NCBI GenBank assembly: GCA_963824165.1
Contig: CAWGOM010000008.1
Coordinates: forward strand, 67,140 to 131,139
Source of the DNA: an uncultured Acidobacteriota bacterium
Lineage (GTDB): Bacteria; Acidobacteriota; Thermoanaerobaculia; UBA5066; Gp7-AA6
DNA: 64,000 nt
Reading direction: 5' to 3'
The position numbers were made by a program, and so were the translations under genes. Under the pieces are notes generated by a model that did no database searches, was not told where the DNA came from, and worked only from the letters and a program-made list of their open reading frames with translations. Positions 10,084-21,061 of this stretch are shown in pieces. Every line of letters starts with the position of its first letter. The first letter of the stretch is position 1.

Positions 10084-10563
10084 CTACACCGGCCCCAGGA
10101 TCTGCGCGACGTGGTGACGGAGATGCCCGACGTAGTCGCGCATGAAGTCCTCGAGCGTCGCGGGCCGGTCCGGCGGCACGGCCTGCCACGCGATCTCGTG
10201 GAGGTTGTGACGGGACCGCGGCTGCTGCCGGACGGACGCGGGGATTGCCTCGGCGACGCGCGCGAGATGAAGGTTGTAGAGGCGCCAGAGCTCGACGAGG
10301 TCCTTCCACGGCGCGTCCCGGTAGCGCTGTGAGGCCACCCACGCCCCCTGCTCGTAACCCGGGAACACGAGGTCGTCCGTGAACTGCGCGCGGACGAAGC
10401 GCTGATGGTTGTTCGCGGCGGAATCGATGAGGTGCCCGATGACTTCCTTCGGGGACCACTTGCCCGGAGCCGGCGGCCGGGAGGATTCCGCCTCCGAAAG
10501 CGCGAGCAGACGGGGCGTGACGGCCGCGACGACCCCGCGAAGCTCGGTCTCGACCGCATCCAT
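10084..10563 (-). CDS. DinB-family protein
   Basis: Starts at the Met at 10563. Contains KWSPKEVIGHLIDSAANNHQRF ... YVGHLRHHVAQI. Confidence 0.75.
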   Translation of the reverse strand: MDAVETELRGVVAAVTPRLLALSEAESSRPPAPGKWSPKEVIGHLIDSAANNHQRFVRAQFTDDLVFPGYEQGAWVASQRYRDAPWKDLVELWRLYNLHLARVAEAIPASVRQQPRSRHNLHEIAWQAVPPDRPATLEDFMRDYVGHLRHHVAQILGPV

Positions 10564-10565
10564 GC

Positions 10566-11492
10566 TCACGACCTTCGGTACACGTCGGTGCTCAGGTACT
10601 TCAGGCCGGAGTCGGCCATCAGCGTGACCACCCGTGGCATCCGGCCCCAGCCGCTCGGCCACCTCGAATCGCGGCGACGACGTTGGCTCCGGAGGACGTC
10701 CCCGCGAAGAGGGCCTCCTCCCGCGCGAGGCGCCTCGCCATCTCCTTCGCGTCGTCGGTCCTGACCGGCAGGATGTCGTCCACGAGAGTCGGGTCCCAGA
10801 GCGGCGGAGTGTAGCCGATCCCGACTCCTTCGATCTTGTGGGGCCCCGCCGCGCCTCCCCGCAACACCGAGGATTCGGCGGGCTCGACGGCGACGATCCG
10901 GACGCCCGGCTTGTGCCGCTTCAGCACGGTGGCGACCCCGCGCGAGGACGCCGCCGTGCCCACGCAGTGGACGAAGGCGTCGATCTTCCCCTCCGTCTGG
11001 CTCCAGATCTCCTCGCCCAGCGGGTGGTAGCCCGGCGATGCTGTCGTGGTTGTTGAGCTGGTCGGTCCAGTAGGTGCGCGGCTCCCGGCTCAACTCGCGG
11101 GCGGCCTCGATCATGTCCAGGATCAGCTTCCTGGTGGTGAGGCCTCCCTCGCTCGGCACGAGCGTCAGCTCCGCGCCGAGCGCCGCCATGTGATCCCGCT
11201 TCTCCTGGCTGAACGCATCGGAGCTGACGATCCGGATACGGTAGCCCCTGGCGGCGCAGACCAGCGCGAGCGACGTCCCCGTGCTGCCGCCGGTGTACTC
11301 GACGACGGTGTCTCCGGGCTTCAGCCGGCCGTCCTCCTCCGCCCGCGAGATCACGGCCTGCGCCATCCGGTCCTTGACGCTGCCGGTGGGGTTCTCCCAC
11401 TCGAGCTTCACGAAGATCTCCGCGCAGCCGGGTGGAACGACCTTGCGCAGTCGGACCATCGACGTGTTTCCGATGGCGTCGAGGATGTCCAT
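10566..11492 (-). pseudogene. cysK: cysteine synthase / PLP-dependent enzyme, frame-disrupted
   Basis: N-terminal part MDILDAIGNTSMVRL...EWENPTGSVKDR. The middle part (ORF 10619..10963, GVGIGYTPP) and the C-terminus (VVTLMADSGLKYLSTDVY) are in different frames. One shift is an extra base in the CCC run at 11031-11033. Confidence 0.75.
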
Positions 11493-11506
11493 GGCGTCGG
11501 GCCCCG

Positions 11507-12295
11507 TCACATCATCAGTGCCGCGTTCTCCGGCAGGAGCGCGCCGCCGTCGACGATGATGGTCTGGCCGGTGACGTAGCTCGCCCCGTCGCTCGCGAGA
11601 TAGAGCATCGCGTGGGCGATGTCCATCGGCGTGCCCCAGCGCTTGAGGGGCACGAAGCGGGCCATCGAATCGCGTTCTTCCGGCGTCGTCACCGCCTCCG
11701 CGCCGGGCGTGAGCACCAGCCCCGGCTCCACCCCGTTGACGGTGATCCCGTACGGCGCCAGCTCCATCGCGACCGAACGGATGAAGCCGTTGATCCCGGC
11801 CTTGGACGCGGCGTAGTGAGCGAGACCGGCCACACCGGTGCGGTTCCCCGTCACCGACGAGGTGAACAACACGCGCCCGTTGCGCCGTCCCTTCATGTGC
11901 GGCAGGCAGGCCTTCGTGAGGCGAAAGGCGCTCGTCAGGTTCACCTCGATCACCCGGCTCCACTCCTGCTCTTCCATCGTCTCGAGCGGCTGGAAGGGAA
12001 ATATCCCGGCGTTGTGCACCAGCACGTCGACCGCCCCGAATCGCTCGACCGTTCCCTGGACCAGGGTGTGCACGCCGTCCGCGCTGCCGATGTCCGCGAC
12101 GATCCCGTGGGCCGTGCCCCCCGATCCCGTGATGTCGGCCACCACCCGCTGGAGGTGGGCGCCGGTTCGGGCGTTGACGGCGACGAGGGCCCCCTCGGCT
12201 GCAAAGAGCCCGGCGACGGCCTCGCCGATTCCCGACCCGGCGCCGGTCACCAGGACGGCCTTGCCCGCCAGTGAGGATGAGTGTTGTCCCGTCAT
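11507..12295 (-). CDS. SDR-family oxidoreductase (FabG-like)
   Basis: 262-aa ORF with TGAGSGIG cofactor motif, NAG and YAASK catalytic motif. Confidence 0.85.
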   Translation of the reverse strand: MTGQHSSSLAGKAVLVTGAGSGIGEAVAGLFAAEGALVAVNARTGAHLQRVVADITGSGGTAHGIVADIGSADGVHTLVQGTVERFGAVDVLVHNAGIFPFQPLETMEEQEWSRVIEVNLTSAFRLTKACLPHMKGRRNGRVLFTSSVTGNRTGVAGLAHYAASKAGINGFIRSVAMELAPYGITVNGVEPGLVLTPGAEAVTTPEERDSMARFVPLKRWGTPMDIAHAMLYLASDGASYVTGQTIIVDGGALLPENAALMM

Positions 12296-12315
12296 GCGAT
12301 CCCTTCCGCGCCGCG

Positions 12316-12702
12316 CTACTCGACCCTTGCCCCGTTCTCGACGAGAAGCCGCTTCAGGAGAGATCGGTGGCAGCGGTTCTCATTCTCGCAGTAGCAGCCC
12401 ACCGAGAAGTTGGCCGTGTGGGACAGCGCGGCCAGGAGCTCCAGGTCGCGCCTCGGCCCGGGCTCGGCCATCTCCGCCGAGTATTTCCTCGCGAACGCCG
12501 ACCACTGCGCCGGCGACGCGGCCGCCTGCCCGAGCTTCATGGTTTCGAGGCTCGGAGCGAGGTTCGGGAACCACACGTCGTACCAGTTCTGCGCCGCGAA
12601 CTGAGTCTTCGGCACGCCCCGGGGAGGGCGGCGCACCGTCCCGATCCGCGGTCCTTCTCCCCGAAGGCGCGGGGTGCCGAGGCGGAGAACTCGCACGCTC
12701 AT
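12316..12702 (-). CDS. DUF488-family protein
   Basis: 128-aa protein starting at the Met at 12702, ending ...VGCYCENENRCHRSLL, the DUF488 hallmark. Confidence 0.7.
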   Translation of the reverse strand: MSVRVLRLGTPRLRGEGPRIGTVRRPPRGVPKTQFAAQNWYDVWFPNLAPSLETMKLGQAAASPAQWSAFARKYSAEMAEPGPRRDLELLAALSHTANFSVGCYCENENRCHRSLLKRLLVENGARVE

Positions 12703-12944
12703 GGCCGGCTCCCCCGCGAGGCGCCGGCCGCCAGGATGCCCAACACCCGCCACGCCGGTCGGCACATGACAGACGACGGTGACTCCACGGCCGTCGAGTC
12801 TACGCGAGGGATCGGTCGGACCGACCCCGGCGGCACCGGGGCCATCGCCGTGGTGATGGATTCCGCCGGCCACCCGGCCGGCCTGTACTTCGAGGACCCC
12901 GCTCCCTCCCGCGCCGCCCCCGGCCCGGCGAGACGATCGGCGGC

Positions 12945-13346
12945 TCAATTGCTCGGATCGGCCGCCGTCCGTGGCTGCACGAAGAACCTGAACCCGAAGG
13001 CGAGCGCGAGCGACCCGTACAGAACCAGGACCGCCGTCAGCGGAATCGAGAACGAAGCACGGCTGGCGACGTTGCCCAACAGCAGCGTCGCCGTGCCGGC
13101 ATGCGCGAGGTTGCCCGCCACGAGCGGCCGCCCGAAGATGCCGCCGACCCGCGCGTAGCGACTCGACCAGTTCAGCATCGCAAAGCCGAAGAGGGCGCTC
13201 CCGATGACCTGCAGCAGCGTCCTGTCCAGGATCGAAGGCGAAACGCCGGAGAAGGTCAGCATCTCCACCGGCGCGAACAGGAGCGGCAGCGCCGCGGCGA
13301 AGTAGATGACGGCGCTGACGACCAGCAAGGGGCTGGTCCGATTCAT
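12945..13346 (-). CDS. hypothetical membrane protein
   Basis: 133-aa ORF with 4 hydrophobic segments. Confidence 0.55.
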   Translation of the reverse strand: MNRTSPLLVVSAVIYFAAALPLLFAPVEMLTFSGVSPSILDRTLLQVIGSALFGFAMLNWSSRYARVGGIFGRPLVAGNLAHAGTATLLLGNVASRASFSIPLTAVLVLYGSLALAFGFRFFVQPRTAADPSN

Positions 13347-13371
13347 CGGGGACGTCGGCGGCGGGTCGCGG

Positions 13372-13972
13372 TCAACGCATGACCTTGCCGGCCATCCGCA
13401 GGATGTCGTCCAGGGAATTGCCGTCGCCGTTCATGTCGAGTATCGAGGCGAGCCCCGGCGCGGCCGCGGCCTGCGTCGCGCTGCCGCCGCCGGGTTGGCC
13501 GCCCAGCAGGCCTCCCAGCAGTCCGCCGAGCCCGCCGGCGGAGGAGGGCTGCGCCGCGGCGCCGGCGCCGCCGCTGCTTCGCCATGTAGCCTGCGACCAG
13601 CATCGCCAGCATCGGCAGCATCTTCTTGAGCAGGGACGAGTCGAGCCCCGACTGCGACGCCGCGTTCTGCGCGACCGCGCGGCTCACGTCCTTGGAGCCG
13701 AAGATCTGTCCGAGGACGTCGTTGCCGCGGCTCACGTTCGTCGGCTGAGGCGCCAGCACCTCGTCGAGAAGTCCGCCGCCGCCGAGCTGACCGAGCAGGC
13801 CGCCGAGCCCGTCGAGGCCCGCGGGCTGTGACTGCGCCTGTTTCTTGAATCCGCCGAGAATCGCCGGAATGAGCGCCTCGGCGCCGGTCGCCGCCTGGGT
13901 CTCGCTGACGCCCAGTTCCCGCGCCATCGACTGAAGGCCGCCCATCTGCGCGAGGATGTCGGTGATCTGCAT
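13372..13972 (-). pseudogene. DUF937-family protein, one frameshift
   Basis: N-terminal part MQITDILAQMGGLQSMARELGVSETQA. The expected C-terminus ...LDMNGDGNSLDDILRMAGKVMR is in another frame and ends at 13372. Confidence 0.6.
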
Positions 13973-14050
13973 GTGCGTTACTCCTTGGGCGGGTTTAGCG
14001 CCGCGATCGGTGCGGCTTGCCCGAGCGGCAGTATATCCACCGCTGCCGGG

Positions 14051-14629
14051 CTAACTCGCCAGCGAGCCCCGTATCGGCGATGCCGGTTCGTGAACCTCGC
14101 GCGCGAGAAAGTCGGACTCGGGCTCACCGGCACGAAGCCGGGCGAGCCAGTCCTCCGGGTCGTACTCGACGCCGACGGGGTTGGCCCCGAAGTGCGGACC
14201 GTACATGAACGCGTTGGCTTCCTCCGCCGAGCCGAAGCACTCGACCTGGAACTCCATCTGATTGCCGTCCGGATCGGCGTAGTACATGGACAGGGTGATT
14301 CCGTGATGGACGCACCAGTACGGCCGGATTCCCTTCTCCCTGAGCTGCGCGTAGTTCTCGAACAGGTCGTTGAGGGACGCGTACGTGTACGCCACGTGGT
14401 CGACGCCGATCTTGTCGTGACGATCGGTCTCGGTGCCCTCCGGTTGGAGGACCGCCAGATTCGCCAGCGCGAACCGATGGTGCTCGTCGTCATAGGTCAG
14501 GAATGCGAGCGCCGGGTTCTGGTACTGGACCCTGGCGTCGAAGACGGTCTGATACCAGTTCAGCATCTGGTCGAAGCGCCGGGTGCGGTAGACGACGTGA
14601 ACGAACTTTGCGGGGCGGACGCGCGGCAT
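14051..14629 (-). CDS. VOC-family extradiol-dioxygenase-like protein
   Basis: Starts at the Met at 14629. Contains FVHVVYRT...VDHVAYTY...YYADPDGNQMEF. Confidence 0.75.
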   Translation of the reverse strand: MPRVRPAKFVHVVYRTRRFDQMLNWYQTVFDARVQYQNPALAFLTYDDEHHRFALANLAVLQPEGTETDRHDKIGVDHVAYTYASLNDLFENYAQLREKGIRPYWCVHHGITLSMYYADPDGNQMEFQVECFGSAEEANAFMYGPHFGANPVGVEYDPEDWLARLRAGEPESDFLAREVHEPASPIRGSLAS

Positions 14630-14680
14630 GGTGCCTCCTTTGCCGTGAGCAGGGTGAAGCATATCGACGGCGCGCCCGGA

Positions 14681-15334
14681 TCACCGCGTCAACGGGCGCT
14701 CCATGAGCATGGGGCCGCCATGCTCGGCGATCGACGCGAACACGGCGCGGCCGCCGAAACGATGGGTTTTGTAGGACCGCTGCGCGCGCTCGACGAAGCC
14801 CTGCTTGTGGAAGATGCGCTGCGACACCTTGTTCGTGGCTTCCGTGACCGCCAGCCGATAGCCCCTTCCCGCGCCGTGCTCGAGGCAGGCCGCGACGAGC
14901 TGCTGGCCAACCCCCCTGCCGGCGACCCGGTCGGAAACCCCCAGGAGGAACAGGTGGAGCGAGTCGCCCGGCCGCACGACCCGGTCGCCGCGGTACTCGG
15001 CATCGAGCTGGCCCAGGATGTCGAAGATCGGATCGAACTTCGGGCTCAGCCGGTCCATGCCCTCGGGCGGCGCCGATGCGGAATCCTCCGTCAGCAACGC
15101 CCCCACCAGCTCCCCCGTGTCGGCGATGCGGGCCACGATCGTCAGGCGCTCGGCCGCCGCTTTCGGACAGAACAGCCGGACGAACGCCTCGAACTCCGAA
15201 GCCGTCAGCCCGGCGGCCACGGCCGGCGGATCGCGACGGCTGAACACCTCGCCCAGAAGCGTCGCCATGGCGTCGGCGTCGGCGTCGGAATAGACGCCGA
15301 AGTCGATCGGGGGTATCTCGATCGAAGCGGCCAT
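14681..15334 (-). CDS. GNAT-family N-acetyltransferase
   Basis: 217-aa ORF with the acetyl-CoA-binding motif GVSDRVAGRGVGQQLV. Confidence 0.75.
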   Translation of the reverse strand: MAASIEIPPIDFGVYSDADADAMATLLGEVFSRRDPPAVAAGLTASEFEAFVRLFCPKAAAERLTIVARIADTGELVGALLTEDSASAPPEGMDRLSPKFDPIFDILGQLDAEYRGDRVVRPGDSLHLFLLGVSDRVAGRGVGQQLVAACLEHGAGRGYRLAVTEATNKVSQRIFHKQGFVERAQRSYKTHRFGGRAVFASIAEHGGPMLMERPLTR

Positions 15335-15362
15335 CGATCGCCTCTTCTCCTCGGGCAGCCGG

Positions 15363-15896
15363 CTACCGCGTTGCTCCGCCGTTGCGCAACTCCTCGAGCA
15401 CCAGGTCTCCCTCGAGCTTGCTCGCCACTCGGAGGGGGATTCCGCCTCCGACCGCGCTCTGGATCCGGGGCGCCGCGACCAGCCGCCCCTTCAGGAAGAC
15501 GCCCAGAAAATCCCCCGAGTGCCGTTCCGACCAGGCCGTCAGACGACGACTCCCTTCCGGCGTCAACGGAAGCCAGATCGTCGCCTCGCCGGCGATGCTC
15601 GTCCTTCCGCCGGCAAAAGCGGCGGCTCCGAGCTCGAACGCGTTCAGGTCGAGGAGTTCCGAGGAGGATGCAAATCCATATCCCGCCCCGGAGGAGGGAA
15701 GCTCGACGCGAACCGTGTGCTCGGCGTCCGCTTCCCTCTTGATCGGCCTCACCACGAGGTAGTCCGGGTTCCGGACGATGATCCGAGCCCGCTGCGCGCC
15801 GTCATCGGAACAGGCGCAAACGAGCAGCGCCGATGCCACCACGGCCGTGGCGACTCCGCAAACAACCGACGCGCCTCGGGCCGGCGGCGACGTCAC
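15363..15896 (-). CDS. hypothetical lipoprotein
   Basis: GTG start at 15896 overlaps the upstream stop by 4 nt. Lipobox LLVCAC and a SecD-head-like segment LGVFLKGRLVAAPRIQSAVGGG. Confidence 0.5.
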   Translation of the reverse strand: MTSPPARGASVVCGVATAVVASALLVCACSDDGAQRARIIVRNPDYLVVRPIKREADAEHTVRVELPSSGAGYGFASSSELLDLNAFELGAAAFAGGRTSIAGEATIWLPLTPEGSRRLTAWSERHSGDFLGVFLKGRLVAAPRIQSAVGGGIPLRVASKLEGDLVLEELRNGGATR

Positions 15897-16477
15897 GGGC
15901 AACCCGTTTTCAGCAGGACGTTCTCCCCGGCCGACGCCACGGCGACATTCCAACGCTCGTTCACGAGCTCGAGGGTGAGCTTTTCGGCCTTCCCGCGCAG
16001 GCTGCAGTTCCAGGCGAGCGCATCCCAGCGCCATGCGGTCATGGTCGCCCGCCCGCCCCTGACCTTCGGAATGGAGACTTCGAGGATCGTGGTCTTGCCG
16101 GGGAAATCCGTTTCGAAGACCCGCGCGCGATAGGTCGGCGAACCCAGATCGATCGGCCCGAGGAGGCCGTTGAAGTCGACGGCCACCGGCACCTGACGGT
16201 TCAGTGACGCCAGGTCGAGTCGCTCATAGACGTCGCCCGCGTATCTTGCGAGGACCACGGACCTGGCGTCCGCTGCCGTCAGGGCCTTGATGGCGGCCAC
16301 CAGCACCGAGCGCTCCGGCTCTCGCACCGGCGAGATCGGTCCCCAGGGCCCGAAGTGCGTCGGCGGCGCTTCTTTGGACGCGCAGGCGGCGATCGTCAGC
16401 GCCAGGGCCGCGAGCCACGAGGCACGCCTGAGGTCGCCCGGACGGCGGCGGTCCGGCGGCATGCCGCTATCCGCCAT
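15893..16477 (-). CDS. hypothetical lipoprotein
   Basis: 194-aa ORF with signal peptide and lipobox LTIAAC. Confidence 0.5.
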   Translation of the reverse strand: MADSGMPPDRRRPGDLRRASWLAALALTIAACASKEAPPTHFGPWGPISPVREPERSVLVAAIKALTAADARSVVLARYAGDVYERLDLASLNRQVPVAVDFNGLLGPIDLGSPTYRARVFETDFPGKTTILEVSIPKVRGGRATMTAWRWDALAWNCSLRGKAEKLTLELVNERWNVAVASAGENVLLKTGCP

Positions 16478-16504
16478 GACCGAAGAATCGCTTGATCGAC
16501 GTCG

Positions 16505-19167
16505 TCATCGAAAGTTCTCCACCAGCATCAGGTCGTCGACCGAGGAGTCCATCCGGGCATAGAGAATCGTGCGGCCGTCCCGGGAGGCGGTCAGGCGGGA
16601 GATCGACGGTGTTGCCGAGGTCGGCGGCCACCGTCGTCGCCTTGCCGGTCGCGAAGTCGAAGTACTGAAGTCGCGTGACCCCCGAGGGCCTGTCGAGATA
16701 GTGGACGCCTCCCTGACCGGAGGTCCGATCGACATAGTAGATGCCTCCCTCGAGCACCGCGAAGTTGGCGAGAACGACCCCCTCCAGCACCTTGACCGGA
16801 ACGCCGCCGGAGGTCGGCAGGCGCCACAACGGGCTCGGCTCGTCGATGGTCTGCACGTAGTAGAGCTGAGCGCCGTCCGGCGATTCCGGGGCCAGAACCC
16901 GACGTCGTTCGTGACCTGGACGGCCTCCCCGCCGGATGCCCGGATCTTCCATATCCGAGGCTCGCCCGTTCGGTTCGAGTTGAAGTAGATCCATTCGCCG
17001 TCGCGCGAGAAGCTCGGTGCCGAATCGGTGGCCGGGTGAGAGGTGAGATTTCGAGGCTTGCCGCCCGCGGCGGGGATCACATAGACCTCCCACTGGCCTT
17101 CGGGGTTGGAGTGGAACGCAATCCGTTTGCCGTCGGGAGACCAACGCGGGCCGCCCGTGGCTGCGCCGCCCATGGAGGTGAGCTGGACGGCGTTGGAACC
17201 GTCGAGATCGGCCAGCCAGATGTCCCACTCTCCGGAGCGATCCGACGCGAAGGCCACCCGGCGGCCGTCGGGAGAAAGCTGCGCCATGCTGTCGTCTTCG
17301 AGTGGATGAGATCGCGACGGCCGGAGGCGAGGAAGCCGGCGCTCCGGGAGCCGAGGTCTCGACGCGCCAGACGTTGAAGTCCTCGAAGCTGCGAACGTAG
17401 ACGAGACGCGAAGGCCTCCCGGGCCGGGGACGCGAAACCACCGGCATCAGACCGTCTTCGCCGACGAAAGGCAGGCGCGCCGGCGTGCTTCGCCGGGGAC
17501 GACCATCCTCCAGAGACCTCCCTTGGCGGAAAAGAGGATCTCCCTGCCGTCGGGCATCCACGCGGGGTAGGCCGCATCGAGCGCGGCCGGCGTGAGGCGC
17601 CGCGGTTCGCCCGCGGCGGTCAGGCCGCTTCCCAGCGGAAGCCCGTAGAGCTCGCCCGTGTACAGCGTGGCCGCTCCGGCGGAAGACCAGCCAACCGCCG
17701 TCGGGGGAAACCGCCGGGTTGGTGTCGCCCGACGCCGGGGGCTGCGGGTGGGTCAACTGCCTCTTCTCCCCGGACTCGAGCGAGATCACGAACAAGGCGT
17801 CCGGCTTGCCCTCGCCCGGCGAGTCCGTGACGACCAGGCAGCTGCTGTCCGGACACCAGGCGAGGTACGGCGGAGTGACGAAGGTCCCGCCGCCGACGCG
17901 GATCTCGGAGAGCCTCCGCTCCGGCCCGCCCAGTGGCGGGATCAGCCGCAATTCACTCCTGCCGGCCTCCGGATGGCTGCGCAGGAACGCGATCCAGCGC
18001 CCGTCGGGCGACCAGACCGGGTTGTAGTCGTTGCCCGGGTCGGTCGGTCAGCCGCAAGGGCGAGCCGGAGCCGATCTGTTGCACGTAGATATCGGGGTTG
18101 TCCTGCTTCGGCCCGGTCCAGGTGAATGCCACGTGGTTGCCGTCCGGGGAGAACGACGGGTAGCGCTCGACTCCGGTCAGCGTCGTGAGCGAGACGGCTC
18201 GCAGCGGCGCCGAGCTCTTCGGTTCGCGCCGGGCGAGCCAAACGAGGAGCCCGGCAATCAGCGCGATCGCCGGTAGCGCGACCCACATCCAGCGCCGCGG
18301 CGATGGCGCGCGTGCCTCGCTATCCGAAACCGACTCCTCGCGAGAATCCTCCAGCGCCACCTTCAGGTCCGCCATGCTCTGGTAACGCCGCGCCCGATCC
18401 TTTCGCAGGCAACGCAGGATCACCTTCGCCAGCTCGGGAGGGACTCTCGGCGGCAGCGGCTCCGGTTCCCGGCTGAGCACCGCCGCGACCGTCGCTACCT
18501 GCGAGTCGCCCCGGAAGGCCCGGCGCCCCGTGACCATCTCGTACAGCACCGCGCCGAAGGAGAAGATGTCGCTTCGCGCGTCCACCGTTTCGCCGGCGGC
18601 CTGCTCCGGCGACATGAACGCGGGCGTGCCCAGGATGGTCCCCTGCAACGTCTGCGGTCCCATGGACACGGTCGTGTCGTCTCGAAGGTCTCCGGTCTCG
18701 GTCAGTTTCGCCAGACCGAAGTCGAGCACCTTGACCAGACCGTCCTCCCGGACCATGAGGTTGCCGGGCTTCAGATCGCGGTGCACGATGCCCGCCGCGT
18801 GCGCCCGGGCGAAGGCATCGGCGATCTGAATCGCGTACTTCAGGGCTTCCGGCACGCCCATCCCGTCGCCCGGGATCAGCTCCTCCATGGTCTTGCCGGC
18901 GACGTGCTCCATGGCGATGAACAACGTCCCATCCGTCTCGCCGATGTCGTAGACCGTGACGATGCCGGGATGGTTGAGCGCCGAAGCCGCCTGCGCCTCC
19001 TGCTTGAAGCGCCGGCGACGCTCCGCGTCCTCCACCAGGCCGGGAGGGAGGATCTTGAGCGCCACCGCCCGGTTCAGGCGCGTATCGTGCGCCTTGTAGA
19101 CGACACCCATGCCGCCCTCGCCGAGCTTCTCGACGATGCGGTAATGGGAGATCGTCTTTTCGAACAC
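16505..19167 (-). pseudogene. Ser/Thr protein kinase with TM segment and TolB-like PD40 beta-propeller, multiple frameshifts
   Basis: Kinase motifs GEGGMGVVYKA, HRDLKPGN, DFGLAK and SPEQ, followed by a TM segment. The PD40 repeats (SPDG...) are spread over ORFs 17953..19287, 16467..17951 and 16505..17287 in different frames. Confidence 0.75.
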
Positions 19168-19198
19168 GAGCGAGATTCCTCGAGAGGTCTCGGATGGA

Positions 19199-19693
19199 AT
19201 GATGACAGACATTCGACCTGCCGACCTGCCACGGGACCTCGAAGTCGTTCGCGCACTCTTCGCGGAGTATGCCGGCAGCCTGGGCATCGACCTCGCGTTT
19301 CAGGGGTTCGTACGCGAGCTGGCGGAATTGCCGGGCAAGTACCAGCCGCCGGCCGGCCGACTCCTGCTCGCATGGAACGGCGCGCAGGCCGTCGGCTGCG
19401 TCGCGCTGCGTCCCCTGGATGCCGCCACCTGCGAGATGAAGCGCCTCTACGTCCGACCCGAGGCGCGCGGCGGGCGACTTGGACGCCGACTCGTCGAACG
19501 CGTCTGCCGGGAGGCCCGGGATGCCGGCTATGCCCGCATCTGCCTCGACACGCTTCCCATGATGGTCTCGGCCCAGGCGTTGTACGAGTCCCTCGGGTTC
19601 GTTCCCACCGAGCCCTACGTCTTCAATCCCATTCCCGGCACGAAGTTCCTCGCGCTCGACTTGAGGAGCGGGCCCGCGGCAACCTCGGGCTAG
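19199..19693 (+). CDS. GNAT-family N-acetyltransferase
   Basis: 164-aa ORF with MKRLYVRPEARGGRLGRRLV motif. This is the only plus-strand gene in the left half. Confidence 0.8.
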   Translation: MMTDIRPADLPRDLEVVRALFAEYAGSLGIDLAFQGFVRELAELPGKYQPPAGRLLLAWNGAQAVGCVALRPLDAATCEMKRLYVRPEARGGRLGRRLVERVCREARDAGYARICLDTLPMMVSAQALYESLGFVPTEPYVFNPIPGTKFLALDLRSGPAATSG

Positions 19694-19722
19694 GAGGGAT
19701 CAGCTCCGAGGCCGGCTCGTGA

Positions 19723-20436
19723 TCAGGCTCCGCTCGGTCCCGGCGCATCGACAACCGCGGGCCGCGCTCGCGCACCCACGATGAGAAGCCACAGGATGAG
19801 CGCAATCTCTCCGAACAGGATGGGGGTGGCGACCGTGGAGAGCGTTTCCACGTATTGCGGCCACAGCAGGCCCGTCACGCTGATGGTCACGTAGGCCAGG
19901 CCGTTCACGATCAGCCAGCCGCCCAGGAAGCGCGGAAGAAACCCCGACCGATAGACGAGCAGCCCGAGGGGAAGGAGCCACAGCCCCCAGAAGATCTCGC
20001 GGACGAGAATGGCCTTCTTGTCCAGGTTGATGAACAGCATCGCCAGGGCGTTGCGTTGCGGTTCGTCGAATGCCGCCAGGAAATCGGCGCCGCGCACCAC
20101 CGTGAGCGTGGCGACGTGGTTCGCGATGCTCAGGAAGGCGATCGGGGCATCGATCAGAATCAGGATCACCATGACCGCGGCGACCTGCGCGTTGACGCCC
20201 TTGAGCAGGCGGTAGAGAGCCAGGACGGTGAAGACGAAGAGCAGCGCGCCAACGACCTCGACCACGGTGTACACCCGGAACAACGACTCGTGCGCCAGGA
20301 TGTTCCTGGCCGTCGCCGTCGCGTCGTCGGGCACGATCAGCTTGCGGGGAACGTAAATGAGGACGAACGGACCGATGATCGCGACGAGCAGGTACAGCAC
20401 CCCTGCGACCCGCGCGTTCCTCTTGAGTTGATCCAT
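19723..20436 (-). CDS. DUF4386-family membrane protein
   Basis: 237-aa ORF starting RNARVAGVLYLLVAIIGPF, with ...LPRFLGGWLIVNG. Multi-TM and typical of DUF4386. Confidence 0.7.
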   Translation of the reverse strand: MDQLKRNARVAGVLYLLVAIIGPFVLIYVPRKLIVPDDATATARNILAHESLFRVYTVVEVVGALLFVFTVLALYRLLKGVNAQVAAVMVILILIDAPIAFLSIANHVATLTVVRGADFLAAFDEPQRNALAMLFINLDKKAILVREIFWGLWLLPLGLLVYRSGFLPRFLGGWLIVNGLAYVTISVTGLLWPQYVETLSTVATPILFGEIALILWLLIVGARARPAVVDAPGPSGA

Positions 20437-20493
20437 CGCCGGGTCTCCTTATCCGTCGCCGAAGGGTCGGCGGTAAGGAACGTCGCTCCCGTC

Positions 20494-20523
20494 GCCGAAC
20501 GCGTGGCGGGTCACTGCGAGCGC
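20494..20523 (-). repeat. attC relic (half site)
   Basis: gccgaacgcgtggcgggtcactgcgagcgc against the family left arm gcctaacgggtggcgggtcagcggcgagcgc. No partner arm is adjacent. Confidence 0.55.
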
Positions 20524-20795
20524 TCGTGATCTCGCAGGATGCTCTCGATCTCCTCGATCGTGAACGAGTTGAGTTGCACCACCAGCGCCTGCGTGCGGAA
20601 TGCCGGCGGGACGATGCCGCGGGCCTCGTCCTTGCTGTCGACCTCCACAATGATCCAGGCCTTGTGCACCCCGTCCCTGCATCCCCAGTCCGCGGTGCTC
20701 AGGAAATGGGACCCGGTCTTCAGGAAGACGTCGACGACCCGTGCACAGGCCACCGTCGACGACTCGTGAGGAACCTCGATGAGAAATCTTGCCAT
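20511..20795 (-). CDS. hypothetical protein
   Basis: 94-aa ORF whose 3' end runs into the attC relic. Confidence 0.5.
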   Translation of the reverse strand: MARFLIEVPHESSTVACARVVDVFLKTGSHFLSTADWGCRDGVHKAWIIVEVDSKDEARGIVPPAFRTQALVVQLNSFTIEEIESILRDHERSQ

Positions 20796-20832
20796 CGCTT
20801 GGGATCTCCTCCGTCACGCGAAAATACCATCG

Positions 20833-20869
20833 CCTCGGCGAGCGCGTTCGCTGCACCCGCGGATCAGGC
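20833..20869 (-). repeat. attC relic (internally deleted)
   Basis: cctcggcgagcgcgttcgctgcacccgcggatcaggc resembles the terminal attC (cctcggcgagc...gagtccgctgcacccgcgggttaggc) with the centre missing. Confidence 0.55.
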
Positions 20870-21061
20870 CGCGCCGCGATCGTCCGTCGGCTTGGGTCCG
20901 GGCCACCGATACGACCAGCACTCGAACGCACTCCAGAGCAATCCGATCAGGTCACCGGAGATCCAGGACCACTCGCGGGAAACCGACGCGTCCATTCGAC
21001 CGACCCCGATCCGCCGAACTGCACCTGCCGGGCCACCGCGGGAACGGATTGGCGACCCGTC

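Noticed and set aside
20441-20490. Hairpin ccttatccgtcgccgaagggtcggcggtaagg downstream of ORF 20511..20795
   Set aside because: It could be a terminator or part of the attC relic, but the arms are imperfect and it belongs to neither repeat family. It is mentioned only for completeness.
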